A DNA stretch of 64,000 nucleotides from Octopus vulgaris. Its lineage: Eukaryota. The position numbers and the translations under genes were made by a program. The number at the start of each line of letters is the position of its first letter. Position 1 is the stretch's first letter. Below, piece by piece: positions 54,249 to 64,000 of the stretch. Under the pieces are notes generated by a model. That model was not told where the DNA came from. It searched no databases and was given only the letters and a program-made list of their open reading frames with translations. The stretch lies in contig OX597816.1 in NCBI GenBank assembly GCA_951406725.2, positions 28,272,001-28,336,000 of the forward strand, written 5' to 3'.

Positions 54249-54552
54249 AGGTGGAGGCACATGGCCTAGTGACTAGAGCAGCGGACTCGCGGTCGAGGGA
54301 TCGCGGGTTCGAATCTCAGACCGGGAGATGTGTGTGTTTATGAGCGAAGCACCTAAGCTCCACGCGGCTCCGGCAGAAGGTAATGGCGAAACATCAGCTG
54401 ACTCTTTCGCCACAACTTTCTCTCACTCTTATCTCCTGCATGTTGCAGCTCACCTGCGATGGACCAGCGCCCCGTCCAGGTGGGGAACCTATACGCCAAG
54501 AAACCGGGAAATCGGCCCTTATGAGCCAGCCATGGCTCGAGAAGGAACAAAC
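54249..54552 (+). mobile_element. tRNA-derived SINE family C (tail type 2) with a 12-bp TSD
   Basis: TSD AAATAGAGAATT at 54237-54248 and 54553-54564. Head GTGGAGGCACATGGCCTAGTG...GGGTTCGAATCTC; short (AACA)n tail. Confidence 0.9.
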
Positions 54553-54755
54553 AAATAGAGAATTGAGAACCATTTGAATACCGTAATACTAGTTTGTTTA
54601 TTGACTTTGTGAAGATGATAGGTAAAGCTGACTGTCAAGAATTGAGCACCAAATGCACAGAAATGGAATAAATAACAGAATTCATCTCTTGTTCGAGACG
54701 AAATATTCTGCCTTGCTGTCACCTTCTAGCTTGTATACATGCACACAAATACAGA

Positions 54756-54806
<51 letters not shown>

Positions 54807-54834
54807 GTTAAGTTTGGACTTACTCTCTAATATT

Positions 54835-54907
<73 letters not shown>

Positions 54908-57159
54908 GTGTGTGCGTGTGTATCTGTGTGTGTGTGTCTCTGTGTGTGTGTCTTATGTTTCTTATACTGTGACATATATACAAGAGGAACATTTTTGAAG
55001 TGAAATCACAAATCTAATAATTGTAATGACAATAAATTGCAGTGTGTAATTTATTTTCCAGAAATATTAAATTAAAGATGAAGATGCCAATATTCAGTGT
55101 TAATTTGATTGATGAATAAGTGCTAAATAATTTGGTAGAATATTTAACAGCAATTTCCTATCATCTATCATGACAGCTGTAGTAAACAACAAACAATAGG
55201 AAAATGCAACAAAGAATATATATTGATTGAATTTTGAGATTCCTATACATCAGTACTAGTGTCTGAAGGAAAACCGTTCGTGTTTACAATATTTATTGAT
55301 TCCTCTTATTGGAAGAAATATTAATTGTTACATACTGATTCAACCGCAGTATTGCCTATAGATTTAACAAGATCAGTGCGATTTGATCTTAGAACCTTTA
55401 CAGATGTCATCAATCAGTTATATTCAGTGACTCTAGTACACGTGGTACTGTCTAATATTAATGATTTCCAAAATTGATGCTTAACCAGTAATTTAGGGGT
55501 GTGGCATAGGATATGAATGTAATACTAAGATTATGGGTAGTATACATGATTTTCTCGAACACGGAAAATGAGACTCAATAGCAAACACCAACGTAATTGG
55601 AATTCAGGTTTTAATGGATCGACGTTAATTGTTGCAAGCATATTATCTGACATCTTAATAAATCTGCCAAAATGGCGATCGAGATTATTCTGAAGATAAT
55701 AAATACTACATCGGTTACTAGTTTGTTAATTAAGCACATTAGAAAATGGGAGACTCAATAATTGAAGGCAATGTGTTGATTTGTGTCTCACCACCTTTGA
55801 ATCCATTAAGTATGATCATTTGCCAACATCTCTGATAAATTATTGTGATTAGATTTTAAATCATATTTTCTGAAAGAAAAATAATTGAATAGTTATCTTT
55901 TTATGAAGATTTGTTTTTCTATCAAAGAAAATTATAATCATGATATTTGGGGAGTGGGAGGAGGAGGAATAAACGGCCTAATTATTTTTGGCATAAATTT
56001 GATCTTGATGGATTCATAGGGTAGAAAATGATAAATCATGGACAAAATATAGTCATTTATATCAAGATGAATTATAAATGGATGAAATTAAACGATAAGG
56101 GCGCGGATGTTACATGTGACTACTTTTTCAAAAAGATTTTCATCTAAAGGAATTAAATGAATTTGCAATTATATAAAGAACATGAACTTATATAATTTTC
56201 CCCATATTACACCAACAGGAGTTACATTTGAATAAGCTACATAAATATATTTTTGTGTGAATGCATGTGTTCATGAAGGTGTGTGTATGTATGCATATAT
56301 GTAAGTATGTATGTATGTATGTATGTATGTATGTATGTATGTATATATATATATAATTTGATACACACGCACACACACGCAAACACACATACACACATAT
56401 AATTTGATACACACACTACATGTGCTACTATTAGCTGAAAGCATGCCAGAAAAATTTTGAACACGTCAATTGTCCTAACACAAACATTAGGCACTGCTCA
56501 TATTGCATAACGAATTAAAATGTGACCATGGGATGACAGAAAAAGTGAGAAAAGGCGAAAAGGCATGAAAGTAGTAGATATTTGAAAAACCGGAAAACGA
56601 AGACAAAAACAGAAAGAAGCGAAGGTGGCCAATAAGCGTTATTTCTTAAAGCACAAAATAAGGCTTAAATGGTAGAAATGATAAGAAGACTGAAAAGATG
56701 GTCTGTGGTACAGATTTTCTATCTGGAGAGGTTGGCACTTTCTAAATCGTCAACAGGGACTTACCCATATACTTACAACTGCTGAAAGTTTTGGATCTAC
56801 AATTGAATTCAGCTGTATGTGAGAGATCTTAGATCTGAAAAGAATCTGAGTCCTTTCATCTACACGTAGTTTACATTTTTTATTCCGTTAACATATAGTG
56901 TAGATTTTTCGACTATTTTTTCCACTTTCTCGTATGTGGCGTGGCGTTCGACTTAAAACCTCATACGCAGATAGCGAACTTTGTAGATTTAATTTTATCC
57001 CTGGGCCGGAAGGAAAATATGAGATTAGCATTACGATTTTTAAATTCGTATTCCATATAGCTCTTCTTATCGGTTGCATTATCAACTTACCATGAAGGAA
57101 CTGTACGCTATCTATCTGTGTATCTATGTATTTACCTACCTACCTACCTATTTATTTAC

Positions 57160-57251
<92 letters not shown>

Positions 57252-57405
57252 TTATCTATCTATCTATTGATACATGCGTATGTATATGTATATATATAAT
57301 TTTATATATATGTATATATATATAAATATATAAATATATATATATATATTTGGAGATACACACTTATATATGTCTATATATGTGTGTATATAAATATATA
57401 TATGT

Positions 57406-57457
<52 letters not shown>

Positions 57458-57575
57458 TATATGTACGATATATACGTATATATGTATGTAAATATATATA
57501 TATATATGCATGTGTATATACATATATATGCATGTGTATATATGCGTATATATCTATAAATGTATATATCTATAA

Positions 57576-57636
<61 letters not shown>

Positions 57637-57659
57637 GTGTGTGTGTGTGTGTGTGTACA

Positions 57660-57827
57660 GATAGATAGAAAGTGTACTATTCAGTCCGTGATGGTAAGAA
57701 GATAATGCAACTGATAAGAATAGCTGTATGCGAAGATGAATTTAAAAATCGTTATGCTAATCACATATCTTCCCTTCCGGTACAGGGAGAAATGTTAAGC
57801 TACTAACTTGGCTAGCGGCGTATTAGG

Positions 57828-57828
<1 letters not shown>
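57660..57828 (+). pseudogene. PLE GIY-YIG endonuclease relic
   Basis: [19 protein letters not shown] resembles the PLE YIG.TE..FK.RY.NH..SF motif. Flanked by (TG)n and (TA)n. Confidence 0.55.
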
Positions 57829-57917
<89 letters not shown>

Positions 57918-57920
<3 letters not shown>

Positions 57921-58490
57921 CCTCTCTCTTCACTCCTACACACCTTCTCTCTTCATCGATAGCCCTCCATCCACACTTCACCGTCACATCCTCACACACC
58001 AACACCGATAAATCACATCACACACAAGCACACCACATCACGCCACTCCAAACCACATTACATCACCTCGTACACACTAGCATTGACACTTCACCAAACG
58101 CACACCATCATCCACACACTCACACATTATAGACTCACACACTTCCACACAGAGACATCCACGCATCAAAGTCTCCATACGTACATACAGTCCACACACA
58201 CATAGAGTCTCACATTCAACGCACCCGTACCGGCATTTTTGGATCCCCAATACTTTATTATCTCCCCTTCTTCCTAACTCCCTGTCTAACTACCTTTTTC
58301 CACCCATCACGAACCGCTAGCTGCAAAAGTTATTTTATTCTCTCTCTGTTTATTTCCTCGTGTTCCCTTCTGTTGAAGAGCGTAGGTTCGAAACGTAAAA
58401 TACTTTCTCTCCTTAACGAGCGTTAAACTAATACAACTGTTTGATGTTTATACACTTGTGTTTGTCTTTTGTCTTTCTGCAAATTTCAAC

Positions 58491-58492
<2 letters not shown>
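57918..58492 (+). mobile_element. PLE-like 3' region: CA-rich UTR plus HHR family A6U terminal repeat
   Basis: CTGTTGA-A-GAGC-gtag-GTTC-GAAA-CG-TA-aaa at 58370-58400 with the family tail. Layout parallels 33740-34121. (TA)n on both sides. Confidence 0.7.
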
Positions 58493-58521
<29 letters not shown>

Positions 58522-58688
58522 TCCGTATTGAGATAAAAACCAAGGCAGTGTAGAGTTTAGAACATTTATAAATAGAATGTCTTATCCATAACACTTGTTC
58601 AGCTTTACCAAACACCTTTGGGTCTCTCGCGGAAACCACTGATACCATTATCTCTCACAAACTCCAAAAAAACCAGCAGTGTAGAGTT

Positions 58689-58780
<92 letters not shown>

Positions 58781-61119
58781 TATAGTATATATAAGTATAT
58801 ATATATTGATATGTATGTATATATATAAATTTATATATAATCATATGTATATATATATATATATATATATATGCATACACACATATGCACAAACGTAAAA
58901 AGAAACGCACACACATATATTGACATTTAGTTAAATGGTTGCAAGGATACAAAGATATAACCTTATTCGCTATTTCTAGAAAGAAAAAAGTCAGTTTAAA
59001 CTTTGCTATAGTATTGCTTGAATGACGGAGAAAAATATTACCATGTCTGAAATCTTGAATTTGCTGCTAGCAATATGATTTAAAATGCATGAGAAACATT
59101 GAAAGTGTGTGGGAGAGAATTCCCTTTATATTGGAGAATTGGAGGGAATTTTCAAGAAATAGAAATACATTAAATGAATAAATACAAAAAAAAAACATGT
59201 AAAATGTAGAATCTTAAAGTAAATAGTATTGATATTAGCGAAATTCGAAGCAGATATGACAAAAAATATGATCTATACAATGGTATTAGCTATATGCGGG
59301 TAAATAAATATCAGATTTTGTCCTTACGCAATCATTTCTTCTTCATACCTTAGGCATGTCATTTACATCTTATCAGATAACAACTGCTATGTGAGAAAAG
59401 AGGAATCATTGCTGTAGGCCCTGTCTTCTCATTGATTGAAGCCCGTAACGGTTTTTGTATATCCTATTGCATAATGAGTTAGTTTGTATTATCATACAAG
59501 ACTGGTTATCCGCTTAAAGTTCATGGCTATGAATGGCCTTTAATTTCAGTAGCAGTCACCAGGTTTTAACAATAATTCGGGATAATGTAATTCTTTAACT
59601 CTTTTGTAGACAACCTACAACAACAACAACACAGTAACAACAGTCTTAACTATCTGCCCCTATTGTTAAGTCTAGTGTTCTGCTAAACATATTATAACAA
59701 AGGAAAAAAGTGAATTTCTATATAAATTAATTGATAGAAGATACACATCGTGTATCATATACTACTTGACAACAGAGAATCAGCTAGCGATGAACCTCTC
59801 TGCAGCAGGTGACTTACAAGAAATACCAGCCAAATCGCACGAAAATCTCTCTGAAAAGCTCAATTCTCACTACACAGTCATAAGTAAAATATTTAAAATA
59901 AAAAGATTGTATGATCCTAGTCGGAATATCTCTGATGTTAAGTCTTCTCAATGAGAACAATACGCAACAACAAAAACATCATATTAACAATGTAAACAAT
60001 ATCGTTCTGTTTGATTTTTTTTAGTTATAGAAACCTCGACATTTGCTCAGAAATAGATTCAGTGATTTGAATATTCTTTTTGAGTTCAAATCTAGTCATC
60101 ATTTAATTATTCTCTTCTCATGCGAACAACCGCTAAAAATGACCTCTTCAATTTTAAGTTTGTTTGAATCACGATTATATATTTTTCGTACGAATAAATA
60201 AATATCGAGAGAAAGTCAATCGAGTTATCAGCAATCTTTCCTTTAAACAAGAAAGAATATATCTTACAGAAGAGAAGAAAGAAGGGTTCATTACGGTTTG
60301 AAAGCATTTGAGCTGCCGGTCTCTAGCATTAAACATAAAGGAACAATGAACACTATGGAAGCTGTCAATTGAAATAATAAAGTATAGTTAAAGGAACATG
60401 ACTGAAATGGCAATGTCTGTGAGTCTTTTATAGACAGTTGAAGAAACACTTCGCGTATTTTATTACGGATCTTAACGTTGTGTGTTCTCAACCGTTATAA
60501 ACTAGCTGTCACTCATTTTAAGTACAGTACATACTTCTTCCATGACCTTATCGGGACTCATTCTGTCTAAATATCTCTCCTCAAACTTTGTAGATGGTAG
60601 ACATATATCTACATCAATATCAAACTTGTTCAAGAATCAATCTTTTTACGCAGCTACCATATCACAATCGCAAAATTCGATTGGCTCACAAACCTCATAA
60701 TCCCTGTAACCAAATATATCTGACGTACTAATATTTTACTATTTTACTATTGTATTTTGGTAGGTATATAAAGTTATGTTTATAAAAAAGAACATTTAAA
60801 TTCACTAGTGCAATGTTTATATTGCTAATATCATTTATATTAATTTTAGTATAGCTATCATACTGGGATATTAGAATTACTTATACCTTAAGATATTACT
60901 CCCTAAGTTAATAGGTTATATTATAGTATAATAATAATATCATTGAATTTACCCAATATTATTTTAGAGGACTTACTGATGTGTCTAATATTACTGAATT
61001 TAGTGCAACGTAAAAGTTAATGAAATAAGCCGCTCCTCATACAATATTTGACGCATACGCGCGCGAGCGATCGTTCAGATAAAAACGTAAGGACATACAT
61101 TTCTCATATGTAGAAGAAT

Positions 61120-61330
61120 AAGGCGGCTACTTGGAAGGATCATTAATACCCCAGGCAAAACGTTTTGCGGCATTTCGTTCGACTTTACCTTCAAGGTTCA
61201 AATGCCACCGGGGAGAAACATGCCTTTCATCTTCTCCGAGTTTTATAATATAGCCTAGTTAAGTATTGGGGTCGATTCAATCGACTTACCCTTTCCGACA
61301 AAATTGCTGGCATTGTACCGAATTAAGATA
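61120..61330 (+). mobile_element. SINE family B, diverged
   Basis: GGTTCAAATGCCACCG...GCCTTTCATCTTCTCCGAG...GTATTGGGGTCGATTCAATCGACTT...GCTGGCATTGTACC. Confidence 0.7.
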
Positions 61331-61460
61331 ATTCTAAAAAAAAATGGATCAGATCGTGTTAGGATAGTTGAGTGGTTACGCAGTGTATCATGAGATTCTA
61401 ACTAGCACATATACAAGTGTATATTTCAGTGTATAGGTATGAACGTGTATGTGTAGCTAC

Positions 61461-61531
<71 letters not shown>

Positions 61532-64000
61532 TATATATATATACATACATATATATATACATACGTCATGCGTGTACGTATATTTATATAACTATGCTAA
61601 TATGTATAAATATGGTCGAATGGACTTTCACTCCAATGTCTAATATGTTGCGTAGATATCGTATTCTATAGACTTAGATCAACACACCCATACGATTTCA
61701 TGGAAATTGAGCTGGAAGAAATTGCATACAAGCCAGCAGGTGAAATTGTATATGTTATTGAAATTGTATAATCTTGATACTGTGTTATGTTTATTCTGAA
61801 TAGTGATTACATTAATGATACACATATTTCTACGATTCGCAGTCATTCATTGCCGAAGAAATAATTCAGGAAGAATTTCGAATCAAAAATCTTAAGTCTT
61901 TACTCTAAAGAATACAATTATCTTTTCCTTAATGAAGGGTTAATTTTGAAATTATTTTTTAGTCTTGAGATTATCTCACCTTCTCAAATGTTCTTGTTTA
62001 TAGTTATCACAAAGCGATTCTTCTACGGCTCTTGGATGCGACGATAATCTCAATAGCCTAAGAATCTGTTTTGTATAGCATATAATACACTCCATTCGAA
62101 TTTTGTTGCATATTTTAACTATTTCCTATCGCTGAGAATTCCCGTTCAAAATTCATTTTTGTTGTCTCTATAGTGAATAGTCTAAGAGTTTTAGTAAATC
62201 CTAAATTATATAGTTCAAAATAGAATTTTGCATACTATTGATGCTATAAATGATTGCATGTTTTTAATTTCTATTTGATTAGATTAAAAATGAAATAAAA
62301 TCGCTTTTATTATTATATGAACATATTATAATGCTAAGGTGTTCGACGAGGAATTATTTTACCTATTAGTGAGATTTTCTGTTTTCGCTACACCATGAAG
62401 GAAAGTGTTGCATCGGGGCTTTTGCTCGCTCCCGAGCCCATTGATGACGTAGAAGTACGTTTAAATTAAAATTGCTGATGGAATTCCCATGTTTTATAAT
62501 GTGTTTCTCCATGATTTATATTTTACACTTCAATGGTATGACTTGGCGCCTAACAAGCAACACTACCGTCTTTATTGGGATAATCAATTTGTGCTCAGAT
62601 GTTCTTTCCTCATACAAGGCACAATCTAAAGATTCCGGCTAATCTTTCTTAAAGAAATTTGTTTTCCCCTGGAAGTAACTCTCTATTGTTTATTGCCTCC
62701 TATCTGGGGCCTTGTAAAAGAAATATTCTGTGAAAAACATTCACATGCATCAGTTCAGCTCTACCAACATTAAAAATCGAATAAATATAAACAATTTCAA
62801 GGTATGAGGTATTTATTAGAAAAAGAGTTGGAATTCCTGTCCCTTGCAGTAAGTTAAACAATACAAAACTTATTGTATTTATCTTGGAAGTGAAGATCAA
62901 TACATTTTTTTCCTTTCTGCTCACTCAGAATATAACATGACAGGATATTTTCAAATATAACAAAGTGGTGCCTCATATCTGATAGCCTTTGTTTTCGAAA
63001 TATTGTTCCAATTTTCAATTACTTCCATTTTTGAATGACTGTTTCAATAATGTTGCATGGAATACTGTGAAGTGTAACTTGAAGCGAAAAGTAAAGATGG
63101 AATGCATGAAAATGAGAAAGAGGTAAGAACATATTCCTTCTTTTTCATATTTGTTTTGGTGTTTATTTGTTTTTCTTTAATTTTGTGATGAAATTTCGTA
63201 ATAATCAAATCGAAAATGGCAAAATATATAGGAAATAGTATTCACAGCAATTTTAATGTTTCAACATCCTCATTACACGTGTCCGAGTAACTGTGCCAAC
63301 ATTAGGAAATAGTTAAAATTGTTTTTATTAAAAACAGGACTTCTACTTCTAGAAAAGATAAAGAAAAAAAAACGATAAGGAAAAAAGATTTCGACAGAAG
63401 CTATAAAAGCAAGACCTACAGAAAAAATATTGAAACAAAACCTTATTGCCAACAAATTATCGATTGGAACCAAAAACTTAAACATATATCAAATATATTT
63501 CACTCTCTTCTACATGGTAATAAATTTACTACCAATACCTTGGGAAGCAAAGAATTAATTGAACGGATGTTTCAATACTTGCAGCAAGGAAAGTCATGCA
63601 TGTGGCTGCAGCAGCACATAGTGGAATTGTCTGCATTTAATCCTGCCGGATCGATGGCATCTTATATCCATATACGGTCGGTTAAATATGGCCCCCTAAT
63701 GTATTTTGGTCGATTCAATCGGCTGTACGTTACCTCAGAATAATTTGGAATTGTTCCAAAGGTAAACAAATACCATTACATACAACAGATCCTTTTGCTA
63801 CTGGCAAAGGTTCAGCGAGATAAAAGAACAGATTTTTCTAAAATTAAGTTATACGTTTAACTCATTCTGGATGTGCCAGAAATTATTGATTATCGTTACT
63901 GTAATAGGATGTGAAAGGTCTTGTCATGTATTGTACATCACTCCAGATGCAAATATCATTACCCCACGACGGAAAAAATTATTTGACAAAGATGTAGCTG

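Noticed and set aside
54251-54325. tRNA-like cloverleaf (also 26787-26862 and the family A heads)
   Set aside because: Each continues into a SINE body and tail, often with a TSD, so these are SINE heads rather than tRNA genes.
59000-64000. Possible host exons or regulatory sites in the less repetitive distal region, and a faint CR1-like relic at 60290-60710 (minus strand)
   Set aside because: No ORF with recognisable homology and no convincing splice-bounded exon. Small exons cannot be excluded without RNA-seq.

Overview
AT-rich, repeat-saturated eukaryotic non-coding DNA. It is most likely an octopus (coleoid cephalopod) intron or intergenic region, inferred from the extreme (TA)n/(TAA)n microsatellite load and SINE types I recall from Octopus. 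No host protein-coding exon could be supported, and most ORF-track entries are microsatellite read-throughs. The window holds three tRNA-type SINE families (several with clear target-site duplications, TSDs), a young 5'-truncated GC-rich RTE LINE, older RTE and R4/Dong-like LINE relics, two Tc1/mariner relics and a non-autonomous Helitron. It also holds many short Penelope-like (PLE) remnants embedded in (TA)n. The most notable signal is a dense set of minimal type I hammerhead ribozyme (HHR) motifs from several unrelated families. These include an ORF-less ~478-nt HHR unit in tandem plus fold-back arrangement (retrozyme-like, 23497-24911), a ~225-bp palindrome with two outward-facing HHRs (44080-44305), and a multi-copy family with U fixed at the normally conserved core position A6. 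All structures were read by eye; no folding program or database search was run.
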